Assembly: GCA_000091205.1 (NCBI GenBank)
Contig: AP006498.2
DNA length: 64,000 nt
From: Cyanidioschyzon merolae
Taxonomy: Eukaryota
Direction: 5' to 3' (one strand)
Shown here piece by piece: positions 52,967-63,823 of this stretch. Made by a program: the position numbers and the translations under genes. Under the pieces are notes generated by a model. It ran no database searches. It saw nothing but the letters and a program-made list of their open reading frames with translations, and was not told where the DNA came from. The first letter of the stretch is position 1. Each line of letters opens with the position of its first letter.

Positions 52967-54646
52967 CTAAAAATTTGCCTCATCTTCCAGGATCGACACG
53001 AGCTCTTCCACATTCGCAACGGCTTGAATATGACAACGATCCCCGTAATATTGCTCAATCTCCTGTAATAACTGACGGCTCCAGTGATCGTAGATAAAGT
53101 TGATGGCGATCCCTTTGCGTCCAAAACGCCCGGTCCGCCCTACGCGATGCAGGTAGGTTTCGGGATCAGCGTGCCCTGTTCGATCCCGCGGCAGGTCGTA
53201 ATTCATCACCACCGTCGTTGCGAGCACGTCGACGCCACGCGACAACACGGAAGTGCTGATCAGGATACGGTCGGTGCCGGCACGGAAGGAGTCGATGACG
53301 CGGTCGCGCTCCTCGGGGGTCATGTCGCCGCCGTGCAGCAGCGCTACCGAGTGGCCGTCGGCGCGCATGCGGCGTGCCAACTCGGATGCATCACGCCTTC
53401 GCTCCACGAAAATAATGGATTGACCAATTCTTAGGGATCCGTAAATATCGCTGAGTACCTGGAAACGGCCTTCGGATGAACCACAATCGATATAGAACTG
53501 TTTCACGTTATCCAGACTGAGTTGCTCTCTCTTGACAGTGATTTGATTCGCATTTGGCACCACTTTGAGGGCAAAGTCGCGCACATGATCCGGATAGGTT
53601 GCGGAAAACAAAAGCGTTTGCACGTCCGGTGAAAGCAGTTTCTTGATGCGCAGCGTTTGGTCACCCATACCCTGCGTGTCAATCATTTCATCTGCTTCGT
53701 CCAGCACGAGAATACGAATCGTCTTGCCGGAGAACACGCGGTGCCGCAAGAGATCCATGACCCGGCCCGGAGTGCCGACGATGATGTGATCACGAATGCT
53801 CGTGACGCGGGGCTGGCTGCGCTCTTCCTCTCCCTGCTTGACAGCCAGGTAGACACGGCAGCCTGTGTACTTGCCCAGGTTCATGATAACGTCTCGAATC
53901 TGCCGGGCGAGTTCACGCGTCGGCACCAAACAAAGCGCCTGGGGGACGTCTTTCGTCGTGTCTACTCGAGAAAGCATTCCGAGGACAAAGCAAGCCGTCT
54001 TACCCGAGCCATTGTGTGCTTGTGCGATGAGGTTGCGTGGAGGCGCTGCTAGGATCATCGGCAATGAAACTGCTTGAACTTTGCTCGGTTTGCTAAACTT
54101 CATGGAATAGACCCCCTGAAGGAGTTCAACAGGGAGACCAAGCTCTTCGAACGTGGCCGCCGACGTGTACAACGCACGGTCGTCGGAGAGCGTGACCTCG
54201 ACCTGATCGGCGCCCTCGACCTCGTTGAGTCCGCGTAGAGGCAGAGGCTCATCTACGTCGTCGTCCTCGTTGCCTTTGTCATCTTCATTATTGTTGCCTG
54301 CACCGTGAGCGCTGCTGGTCTTGCATGCGTCTTCGGAAGCCGCAGTTGTCGGCGCACTGGTTTTGCGTGCCGCGGAAGCGCCCGTGCTCTCGTGACCTCG
54401 ACCAAGCCTCGGGAGCCGCTCCAGCTGCGAAATAACTTGGTCTTCCTGCTTAGATGCTTCCTCGTTGGACTCTGCTTGAGAGGAAGGAGACGACGTTTCC
54501 GCAGCTGCTGCTGGTACTGCTGCCTCCGCGCTGCTCCCTGGTGGAGACTCCGTGCGCTTCACAGCTGTGGCCGAGGCCGCGGCCGGTGCCGCTCCGTTCC
54601 GAGTTGTCACATCTGAAGAGCTCATCTGTACAACTCTATCTGCCAT
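52967..54646 (-). CDS. DEAD-box ATP-dependent RNA helicase, DDX19/Dbp5-like (mRNA export helicase)
   Basis: 'FEELGLPVELLQGVYSMKFSKPSKVQAVSLPMILAAPPRNLIAQAHNGSGKTACFVLGMLSRV' gives the Q-motif and motif I in the Dbp5 'PPQNLIAQSQSGTGKTAAF' context. It also carries 'PTRELARQI', 'VLDEADEMI' (DEAD variant), 'SAT', and 'HRVGRTGRFGRKGIAINFI'. The track ORF extends to 55030; the Met at 54646 ('MADRVVQMSSSDV') is the more plausible start. Confidence 0.85.
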   Translation of the reverse strand: MADRVVQMSSSDVTTRNGAAPAAASATAVKRTESPPGSSAEAAVPAAAAETSSPSSQAESNEEASKQEDQVISQLERLPRLGRGHESTGASAARKTSAPTTAASEDACKTSSAHGAGNNNEDDKGNEDDDVDEPLPLRGLNEVEGADQVEVTLSDDRALYTSAATFEELGLPVELLQGVYSMKFSKPSKVQAVSLPMILAAPPRNLIAQAHNGSGKTACFVLGMLSRVDTTKDVPQALCLVPTRELARQIRDVIMNLGKYTGCRVYLAVKQGEEERSQPRVTSIRDHIIVGTPGRVMDLLRHRVFSGKTIRILVLDEADEMIDTQGMGDQTLRIKKLLSPDVQTLLFSATYPDHVRDFALKVVPNANQITVKREQLSLDNVKQFYIDCGSSEGRFQVLSDIYGSLRIGQSIIFVERRRDASELARRMRADGHSVALLHGGDMTPEERDRVIDSFRAGTDRILISTSVLSRGVDVLATTVVMNYDLPRDRTGHADPETYLHRVGRTGRFGRKGIAINFIYDHWSRQLLQEIEQYYGDRCHIQAVANVEELVSILEDEANF

Positions 54647-56053
54647 GACAACGAGACTATCCAGACAGCTACGCTTTCTTTCCACCGCCTGGAGAGTGCT
54701 CGAAAACAGGGCGACGAGGTAGTGGGGGCAGCGAATGCGAGCGCCGCCACAGACGCCACCAACATTGGATACTATTGGCAAGCTTTGTCCATAATCATGG
54801 CATGCGATTCGATTCTGGTCCACCGCCCCTGCATGCCATCGAACGCTTTTTCGCAGAACAGAGCAGGAGATGGAATTTTCTGTGTAATGTACTGAATTGA
54901 TCCCAGACGCATAGCGTATAGTATATATTCTGCAATGAACAGCGCATGACGGAATGCATGCCTCATTCAGGCCAGTCGTACAACTGGACTCGAATGGTTG
55001 AGGAACACTGAAAGAGTTACGTAGATGCACTTTGCGCTAGAAACCGATATTCTCAACGGCTGCTTGCAGTCCATGGCAAAAACGACGTGTTAGTCACTTT
55101 ACGGAAACCGGAATCGACGATAGTAGCCACCGCGGGCATCTCTGCCTCTCAATAGCTTGTTCGTCTGGCCCAGAATACGTTGGGAAACAGTCGCAAAGAT
55201 GCCCTAGTTCTTTCAGGGCCGTCTTCCACCGAAACCGCAACCACAGCTTTCTTGGAACTCGACGATCGGTATGAAGCGCAAGGACGTCGATTTTTGTTCT
55301 CAATCGATGAGACTTGCTTCGGACGAAACGGTCGGAGTGTATATGGGTATTGGCGGGGCATAGTGCCTGTTGCATGTATGATCCAACTCGGAGAGAACGA
55401 ATATATCATCATCCGTTCCAGCTCCAGTGGATACCTATGGCTGCCTCAGTCTCGCTCGCAGAGAAGGCTCATCCAGCAGCATCCACTCTGTCGAATCATT
55501 GAAGACCTTTCCCCATCTGACGCCTAGCGAAGCCCGCCTGCTGGACGACGGGATATTCCACTATTCCCGTTGCTTTCGAGCGTAGGCGGATTCTATCCGG
55601 GTAGAGCTGCTTTTCATTCCTTCGTAATCTCCATGATTCGCCCAGATTCAGGCAGCGTTTTCTATTGTGAAACGTAATGCTCGCTCTGCTGGGCACATCG
55701 CTAAAGCGTTCGGCACACGTTTACAAAACGGCACTTTTCGTCGTTCTTCCGCAAGTCAATCTCCCTACGGGAAGGTTCTCACCCAGAGGCATCAGGGAGT
55801 GCACGCATTTTCAAAACTAAGAAATCTAAAGGAAAGTTTCGGGCATGGAAGTCAGGGATCCCGGAAGGCCGTTATCGCCGGCTGCCGAAAAAACTCCACA
55901 ATCCTCCTCTCGCCCACGGTGGGGCGAAGAAGAGCAAGTCACGAAGAGAAAGAACAGGGAAAATAGAGGAGAAAAAGTGTTTTCCTGATGAGACGATGAC
56001 GGTACTGTAGTGACACCGAGGGCACGAGTTCTGACAATCCTTGCAAAGGTGAA

Positions 56054-56138
56054 TTCCATCAGAAGCAAGAAACGCATGGAGTTCGTGAACCGAGACTTCA
56101 GCGCGGCCATCAGTATCAGACGGCATGTGGTACTGAAG
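56054..56138 (+). repeat. Copy C of the short dispersed conserved element (partner 31766-31848, inverted)
   Basis: See copy D. It lies in the 2.9-kb ORF-poor spacer between the DDX19-like and spermidine synthase genes. Confidence 0.6.
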
Positions 56139-57919
56139 CCGACACCCGAGGAGCTGAAGCCATCCAACGTCACGGGGGAGGCTCTCAGGCTCGAAGTGTG
56201 CCCGGATAACCTGGAACCGATAGCAGTGGGCCGGTCGAAAAGGCAGGGAGGCGTCTGCAAGTGCATATATATGTACCCTCCATAGTCGCGAAACAATGCT
56301 GATTTTATTGATCACATGTGGCGTAAAAAATCGTTTCCTGTTCACGAGGAGATTTCCATAGCCTCTCTCCTGATCATTTATTGGTTAATCATCGGGAGTC
56401 TTCAGCGGTTGAGGATAATCCCCACAATATGTAGTATACGATGTCATCAAAATTTGCTCGACATGAACCTGCGAGACATTCCGGAACCTCGACAGCCTTC
56501 CCAGACTTGAATCATAGCGCTCAAGTCTCGGTGTAGAAAGTGCTCGCGAGTGTATAACTATTGGTGTTATCACACCACAGCAAGCTTGTCAGCTTGGATT
56601 GCCTGGAAATCTGGCGTTCGCTCACCTTTTACTACATCACCTCGTGCATCCGCCTCTGTCTCACTTTCTTTTCTGCAAGTTTCAGCATGCACCTGAGCTC
56701 TTCATGCGAGCAAGTCTTACCGATCTCATTGATGGGAATCGAACACAGTCGACTCCTCGACTCGCTACATGCTGCCGTCCAGGGAGCAGGAGTGCAGTTC
56801 GTGCACGCTACAGCACATCCGCTGTTGTAGGTTGACATCAAACGACGCGAGTGACGAGTCATTTTCTTTTGTTTCTCACAGAGCAAGCTCGCGAGAGCAC
56901 GCTGCTTGCCTCCGTACGATTGCAGTGGTTGGTGACCTCGGCGCAATGCTCAGCCTGCACCCGAAGCACATTTTTACCATCCATAGGACGGTACTAGGTA
57001 CCGCCACAGCGTAAGAAAAATCAGCCAGTTCGCCTTTGGTGCTCGGACTTGTGCGTGACGAGCATCGAATGATGGTAGGAGCACTCGCTCAATCTGTCAA
57101 TAGTCCTGATCCTCAACGGAAACATGTGCACTCTCAAGGACAGGATCCCAAAGGCGCAATTACGTGGAGCTTTGCAACAGCAATTCGAGATTCCACGTTC
57201 GGTATGGTTTTTCGAGAGAGGCTTGCAAAATCTCTTATCCTCACAGCTCCGCGACCTGAATTCGTACAAGTTGTGCAGGCTATCTTGCTAGTTACAAAGG
57301 CGACAAAAGCGCCTCTCACTGAAGAGAAGCCGGTTGCGATATAGGATACATACTCGCGTCTCTCGTGGTGCTATGCGGTTGTTAATTTGGACCAGAGGAG
57401 CACGGGCCCAATGGCTCAGGTGCTCGGCGCTTATCGTGACGCTAGACTCGCTCGGACAATTACGCGCTTTTCCATTTCGTCATGGCGTTTGATCCTTAGC
57501 GCGTACGGAGCCGGCGAGCGACCGTTTCCGCATTCGCCATGTTCTCGGTTGTGGTTATCGCTGACTTGAATCCCGTTCAGAAACAGATCCAAGTCCATGG
57601 GTGTACGGCTCACAAAAGCACCGGTTCCAGCGATCGATCGACCGGCTGACGCAGCATCTATTCCGAATACGGCTCTGTCGACATACGGCATAAGCGGCTC
57701 TGTGCGGCAGCTACACGAGCACCCTGTAGTTCACTTGCAGGCGAATGCGATGGATCCCTCGAACACGCTCAAGACTGCCATACGTTCTGGAAGGATGACC
57801 GGTGTGCATACGGCAGCGTGGAACCTTGCGCTTGTGGCCTGCCATGGAGCGCGACACCGATGCAGCTGCCGCGGACGCCTACAACACCATCCCAGGTGAG
57901 AAGCCTCTGAACATAACGC

Positions 57920-58909
57920 TCAGCTCGCCTCCAGCGGATGCTGGAGCGCTCCAGCAATTGCTTTTTCAACGAAAGGTGGCAGAACGAAGGCAGACTCGTG
58001 CATCTCGGGACTGTAGTAGCGCAGGTGACGTTGCAGTTTTTCACTGGGTCGCCGAGCCGCGTGTCGTGGTCGACCGCCGTTGCGCCATACCGTTCCCTTT
58101 CCACAGAGCAGGAATCCTATCTGGCCACTCGGATAGGTCGGAACGCTCGCTGAAGCGTACTCAACCACATCGAAGATATTGCGAAGGATGCGCACAACAC
58201 TGACGATGAGATCAAGGTGCAACCAAAAACTCTCCCCCTGAACACATGCAATGCCACCCTCCCGAAGAGCGGCATACATCGATCTGAAGAAGGGTTCCTG
58301 ATAAAGACTTTCCGCTGGACCCAGCGGATCTGAAGAGTCCGTGATGATCACATCAAACTGCGACTGATGCTGTTGCATGAAAGCCGCTCCATCCATGATC
58401 GCGATCGACACTTTGGCGTTGGTTCCATCGAGTGCGCCCCCGGAAACCCCTGGTAGATAGTCCCGACTCACTCGTATCACATCTTCGTCCAACTCGCAAA
58501 GCACAACTTTTTCAAGCATCTTATCCACAGCGTCGTGTCGCAGAACCTCCCGCAGCACGCCGCCGTCGCCGCCGCCAACCACCAGCACCCGCTCGGGTCG
58601 CGGGTGTGCAAACATCGGCAAGTGTGTGATCATCTCCTGGTACGCAAACTCGTCTCGTTCTGTGACCTGAATAGCTCCATCGAGAACCAATACACGGCCG
58701 TGTGCTCTGGAGTCAAAAACCAAAATGTCTTGGAAGCGAGAGCGCCCCTGGTACAGAACGCGCTGAACCTCCAGTGCCAGCGCCTGCCCCGGCCACAGGG
58801 GGCTTCGTTCCATGAACCAACCTCCTTGGATACATTCGACCAACTCACGGCCATTTGTAGCGGCTGAGTCCCGATCAGCATTAAGCGGACTAGGATTTTG
58901 TGTATTCAT
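57920..58909 (-). CDS. Spermidine synthase (aminopropyltransferase, SpeE/SPDS family)
   Basis: 'LVFDSRAHGRVLVLDGAIQVTERDEFAYQEMITHLPMFAHPRPERVLVVGGGDGGVLREVLRH...VVLCELDEDVI...DSSDPLGPAESLYQEPFF' is the canonical SPDS 'VLDGVIQ.TERDEFSYQEMI', 'GGGDGGVLREV', 'IDxxV' and 'DSSDPIGPAE' set. The track ORF runs to 59260; the Met at 58909 ('MNTQNPSPL') is used as the start. Confidence 0.85.
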   Translation of the reverse strand: MNTQNPSPLNADRDSAATNGRELVECIQGGWFMERSPLWPGQALALEVQRVLYQGRSRFQDILVFDSRAHGRVLVLDGAIQVTERDEFAYQEMITHLPMFAHPRPERVLVVGGGDGGVLREVLRHDAVDKMLEKVVLCELDEDVIRVSRDYLPGVSGGALDGTNAKVSIAIMDGAAFMQQHQSQFDVIITDSSDPLGPAESLYQEPFFRSMYAALREGGIACVQGESFWLHLDLIVSVVRILRNIFDVVEYASASVPTYPSGQIGFLLCGKGTVWRNGGRPRHAARRPSEKLQRHLRYYSPEMHESAFVLPPFVEKAIAGALQHPLEAS

Positions 58910-59256
58910 CTGGTGTAGGTGCTCCCAAAGCGGAAACGCTGGATGCGTTCCAAGCACGTGCTCCTTAGCGCAGCAGCCGCTGCGTACGTCGTACCGAGGC
59001 GCCGCACGCCGTTGCTGCTTCGGGATTCCCGGCAGCGATTTGCGTTCGCGGCATATGATCGTCGAAGCAGGCGTCAGCGGTCGCTTGTTCATGACAAGGA
59101 GGCACCATATGTCGAGCTGGCGTCCGTCAGGGCCTCGTACGGGCGCTGCCTGTACCCGAGAGCAATCACGGATCCAGCGGATCGAGGTAAGATGTATCGA
59201 TTTTTCAGTATGAAAAAGAGCAGTGGCCTTCTTCTCGTATTGTCGGGTATGAGTAT

Positions 59257-59567
59257 GCATCCACGCAATTCAGCTACGATTCATCCACGTCTCCGTATTG
59301 CAAGGAGCAGCAATCCTCTTCTCACATTTTCGGGTATCATTAGGCATCCACGCAATCCAGGCACGATTCATCCACGTCTCCGTATTGCAAGGAGCAGCAA
59401 TCCTCTTCTCACATTTTCGGGTATCATTAGGCATCCACGGAATCCAGGCACGATTCATCCACGTCTCCGTATTGCAAGGAGCAGCAATCCTCTTCTCACA
59501 TTTTCGGGTATCATTAGGCATCCACGCAATCCAGCTACGATGCATCCACGTCTCCGTATTGCAAAAC
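59257..59567. repeat. Tandem minisatellite, about 3.6 copies of an 87-bp unit, about 350 bp upstream of the spermidine synthase start
   Basis: The unit 'gcatccacgcaat(t/c)cag(c/g)(t/c)acgattcatccacgtctccgtattgcaaggagcagcaatcctcttctcacattttcgggtatcattag' repeats at 59257, 59344, 59431 and partially at 59518. It produces the repetitive peptide ORFs 58919..59674(+) and 59270..59545(-) in the track. Confidence 0.85.
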
Positions 59568-59746
59568 GGTTTCAGCCTCTGCGGTTGCGCTGCCGCATGT
59601 TCTCCGTCGATGCTTCAGCGGCGCATCACTCTGAAGCAATTCGACATTCGGTTTCTCGCAGAGGGTGTGTGTAGAGGCGTGCCTCTACCCGTTTTTCATC
59701 GAGAACCACACACTTTACTGCCGGTCGATCGGAAGCTCTCCATGAT

Positions 59747-60106
59747 ATGGATCCAGGGCGCCGCCGACGAGACGGTTTCTACCGTCTAGTGGAAGATGAG
59801 GAGGCTGGCACCGGCCAGTCGACCGCGGTGCGCTCCCAGAGGGGAAACGCAGGTGCGTCTCTTCGCCCCGGAGCTTTGGGTTCCGTATGGGTCGCTGTTC
59901 AGGTGGTGACCGTGGGTGCAGTGCTGGTGCTTTTCACCACAGGCATCCTGTACGGTGCGCAGCGGCTCTGGTTAGAGCCACAGATGAACGCTGCGCACGG
60001 CAAGCTGGACACGGCAGCAGAGGCGCAGCTGCGCTCTGCCCTAGACGTAAACGCGACCGTTGTTGAGAACGCTCGCCAGGCGGTGCTCTTCACACCTAGC
60101 GCATGA
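59747..60106 (+). CDS. Questionable small ORF (119 aa) with one predicted TM helix ('VWVAVQVVTVGAVLVLFTTGILYG')
   Basis: ORF and hydrophobic segment only. No homology recognised. Confidence 0.12.
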   Translation: MDPGRRRRDGFYRLVEDEEAGTGQSTAVRSQRGNAGASLRPGALGSVWVAVQVVTVGAVLVLFTTGILYGAQRLWLEPQMNAAHGKLDTAAEAQLRSALDVNATVVENARQAVLFTPSA

Positions 60107-61768
60107 GTAAGTACGCCAAGCGAATGATGCGGAACTATATACCTTATCTACATTGACGGAGGTTGATTTCTTACCGAAATCTTCGATGAGGAGCATACCA
60201 AGACTCCTTGGCTGACGCTGAGTACCAGAGACTAACCGGACCCGAGTGACGTGGAACTCGCTCACAACGGCGAGTGAGCGTCTCGCTAACTTAAACAGGC
60301 CTTGGGGAGGTATCCGGGAGTTCGCGATTTCACCACACGGGTTTTTGTGTCGAACGCATGGAGGTTCCAACGCCCAGTTCGTCGAGATTTTACGCCCGGC
60401 AAACCGAAGCTGGAGTTTTACGCAGAAGGCGGTGTGCTGCTTCGACAGGTGGACATCGACCTCCTGAACGCTGAGCAGATTGCGCTCGTTCTGGAGAAAC
60501 ATGGATTCCCACGAATGCCTCCGTGATCGTTGAATAGCCGCGAGCACTGCAACGTGACCATGAAGCGGCTTCTATAAAGGCGCGCTCGCCGGGGAAGCGG
60601 CTGACCCGTTCCAGTGCTTGGGGCAGCAAAGGAACGAAGGGAACTTTTTCGGTTCAGGGAAGGATTATCATTTAAAGGACTAGAGACGAGTGCCGGTGTA
60701 CGCAGGCGATGAGCGACATTCCTGAAATAACGCGGCGGTCGCACCCGCATATGCTATAGAGTGTCCGGGGGGCGGCGCCCGCCGATATCTCCACCAGATG
60801 TCCCTCGGTCCATTGTCCAAGAACAAGCGCATGCACGCAGATTCAGCGCTCAGAACGTCGCCAGGTATGAACTTGTATCCCAGGAGACGTCAGTCTCCAC
60901 CACAACGCCGTGGTTCGCAGGTGATAACGCCGCTGCGGGCACCGTGCACACATGCCATGCACCGTGTGTGTCATGGGTGCACGTCAATAGTGCTGGCAGG
61001 TGATGCGCTCCTGGTGTACAGCACGCGACACAGGCCGCGGCTGATTGAAGCCAATCGATGTGGCGCTCGTGCTTTTGCATGCTGGAGTTCACTGGGGTCT
61101 ACGCTCGCGCCTCTGGGACGTGCGTTCCGAAAAACAAGGATATGGCGGGGCCAGTTGGAGCTTGGTGCAGCTGCAATACCACGCGAAACATCCGAGGAAC
61201 ATGGTGTCCTGAGCTCTGCTCTCCAAGTATGAGAACAACATCTTGATCGCCACGATTACGATGTTCTGGGAAGATATCACATGAAATTCGCTCACGCTGT
61301 AACTGCTTTGACGGATCCTGCCTAGCAGTTACGATGCGACAACACTGGCGCGATTGCGATTCCATTCCTGAGTGCAAGAGATGGATGCATGTACTGACCA
61401 GGAATCCGCCGAATGCGAATTTCGTACCGTGTTCAGGGAAGCAACCATTAATATACCCTAGGCGCTTGCAGTGCCCCGAGCAACATACTACATTCGCAGA
61501 GGTCCGTTCAAACGGCCTTTTGGATTCCGAACTTATCGGGGTCGCGTCCTGCGGCATTGAAAGCGTTATTGCGGGCGCTATGCACGGAAACAGAACGCTT
61601 TCGCCATAGACAGGCGAGCGTCAACGCGAGCGGTCTTCAGGGACACTGCGCATGATGCTGTTTGTTTGCACGTGCGCCATAAAACGGCATCCAAGCGGAG
61701 AAATGCTACGGCCTCGATCACGTCATTGTAATGCCCGGAAATCCACTGGTCATTATGCAGCATTTTGA

Positions 61769-63823
61769 TTAGCCATGCTCGATTCGCCGTCCCGCGGCCA
61801 TATGGGGCGCTTGTTGAGCACGATGTGAAAGCATGGTACACGGAATGCCGCCGCCACAAACGTAATATTGTCCGTCCACATAGAGAATTCGACAAAGGCT
61901 GTCCGAAAGCTGGGCGCCAACTTCAGATCCCTGCCAAGACGCTTCCACTGGGGACGGATTCAAGGCAGATGGCGGTTCCCGTTCAACCGCGGGTGTCGAT
62001 GGATATCCCTCTGTCCTGGGTGACGTGGCAGTCGTCTCTGTATCTGTGGGCAGGTGCGTGAAGAGGCGTCTGTTCTGAGGCAATGGAATTCCTCTCGCAG
62101 ACGTCTTTGACTGCGAATCATCGGAGGTAAACGGTGTGGACGACGACGTCCTTCGCACGCTTTCATCCATAAGGTACTCGAAATCATCACGTTCACCGCT
62201 CCTATGCCGCGCAAAGGCGGTACTATTCGTTGATTCGAGGTCCAAAGCCGATGACGCGTTTCGAGAACCTTCAAGCCGTTCTCGGTGTGCTTCCAGGTAT
62301 ACCTGGGGGTCACTTAGAAGAAGATCCACAGGGTCTGCTGGGAGATTTTCAACAGGTCCACGCCAGTCCTGTGAAGCGTATTGTTGCTCCTCCACGATTT
62401 CCCGTGCGATATCCGCGAGCTCTCTCTCAATCAATGCATCCATGGCACAATGCGTTACGTAGCTGAGATCCACCATGGATCGCCACCATGGCGCTACCAG
62501 TCGCCCGGAAGCGCTGCTCGTATTTCCGGATGCGTCGACCTTACAGAGCCAGTTCAACAGGACCAGCGGCAGATTCCGCAAAAAAACTTGGTTGCATTCT
62601 AAGCGGGCGATGGCGTGCTGGCCCAGTTGTTTGATGGCTTCGTGAGATGCCGCCCCGTCCAACTCCGCATCCCAGGCAAAGGAGTGATACCTCTCTTGCA
62701 GTAGCAAACGTGTATCGAAAGCGCTCCGAACAAGAGCCCTTGCTCGATCCAATAGATGTTCCAGTGTGGGCGGATTTGCGTCCCGTATGGCAAGTTCTTC
62801 GGCGGGATCCTCCAATGCACGAAGCTCGCGCAAAAGCGATCGACATTGAAGATAGAAGCGAAGCACCAGCTGTAGGCCTCCGTTTTGGCACCATCCGCCG
62901 TTGAATAACCGCCACAGGAAGTATGCTTCTGTCTGAAGTACACCTTGCTCATAGACGGCCGCGTTGCTGAGCGCTCTCCAGGACTCGGCTACCGCCTCCC
63001 GCGCACGGTCCCGACTAGGGTGCCGGTTGCAAAAGCTACAAGCCTTGAGGGTCGCTAGGGCCCAGGCCCTGGGTAATGCCTCTTCGAGTTCCTTTTCTGC
63101 TCCAGTTTGTCGAGTGAATATAAGCTCAAGGAGAACGGGCTCCGCGAAGAAGCAGTCGATAAGTTGCGACAGCTCGGGTGTCGCGTTCGGAGTCACCTGG
63201 TCCATAGTTTGTCCTTCAGCACTGACGCCAGTATCGCTTTCTGTTCGTTTCCAACATTCCTCTTCGGCTACCAGGAAGCACTGCTGCAAGAAACGCCTCG
63301 CGCGTGGCGACTCGCCGCGCAAAAAAGGCGACCCCGATGGTACCGGGCGATGCCAACGACATGCCCACCGCTTTTGCCGCAGTCTACGCTGTTGTGAACA
63401 TTCCTGGAGAGCCCTGGAGAGCTTGAGAATCTCAGAGGAATCGTTACCCAAACCTGAACCCTTACCGAGCGGTGTCAAGGAGCGGCTCTCGGGGAACGTG
63501 CTCATACCAGAAACGATATCCAGTGAGATTGTGCTTTTTCTTCGCGTGCTCGACGCAGAGCGAACGCGCGTGTTGCTCATCCTTATCGTTTCGGGGGATA
63601 CCTCTGGTTCGATTCTGACAAGTTCTCGCGCAGCGCAAAACTCTGGCTTACTGACAGTATTTACGAGGCATGTCCAGGAATTATTATTCGAGGTTGAAAA
63701 GCGTGCGAGATGTATGCAGCACATACTGCATGATTTGAAAGACCAGGTCCCGTGCTCTGGATCTGGGGCTAGACTGCGTGAACGAACGAGCCCAGAGACG
63801 ATGGGTGTTGAAAAAGCGAGCAT
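61769..63823 (-). CDS. Large hypothetical protein (684 aa), helical repeat-like C-terminal two-thirds and Ser/Pro-rich low-complexity N-terminus
   Basis: A 2-kb uninterrupted ORF, so the length argues for a real gene. No family recognised from memory. Confidence 0.5.
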   Translation of the reverse strand: MLAFSTPIVSGLVRSRSLAPDPEHGTWSFKSCSMCCIHLARFSTSNNNSWTCLVNTVSKPEFCAARELVRIEPEVSPETIRMSNTRVRSASSTRRKSTISLDIVSGMSTFPESRSLTPLGKGSGLGNDSSEILKLSRALQECSQQRRLRQKRWACRWHRPVPSGSPFLRGESPRARRFLQQCFLVAEEECWKRTESDTGVSAEGQTMDQVTPNATPELSQLIDCFFAEPVLLELIFTRQTGAEKELEEALPRAWALATLKACSFCNRHPSRDRAREAVAESWRALSNAAVYEQGVLQTEAYFLWRLFNGGWCQNGGLQLVLRFYLQCRSLLRELRALEDPAEELAIRDANPPTLEHLLDRARALVRSAFDTRLLLQERYHSFAWDAELDGAASHEAIKQLGQHAIARLECNQVFLRNLPLVLLNWLCKVDASGNTSSASGRLVAPWWRSMVDLSYVTHCAMDALIERELADIAREIVEEQQYASQDWRGPVENLPADPVDLLLSDPQVYLEAHRERLEGSRNASSALDLESTNSTAFARHRSGERDDFEYLMDESVRRTSSSTPFTSDDSQSKTSARGIPLPQNRRLFTHLPTDTETTATSPRTEGYPSTPAVEREPPSALNPSPVEASWQGSEVGAQLSDSLCRILYVDGQYYVCGGGIPCTMLSHRAQQAPHMAAGRRIEHG

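Noticed and set aside
58919-59674. 251-aa plus-strand ORF with a repeated 29-aa peptide
   Set aside because: It is generated by the 87-bp minisatellite and overlaps the upstream region of the spermidine synthase gene on the other strand. No other coding signal.
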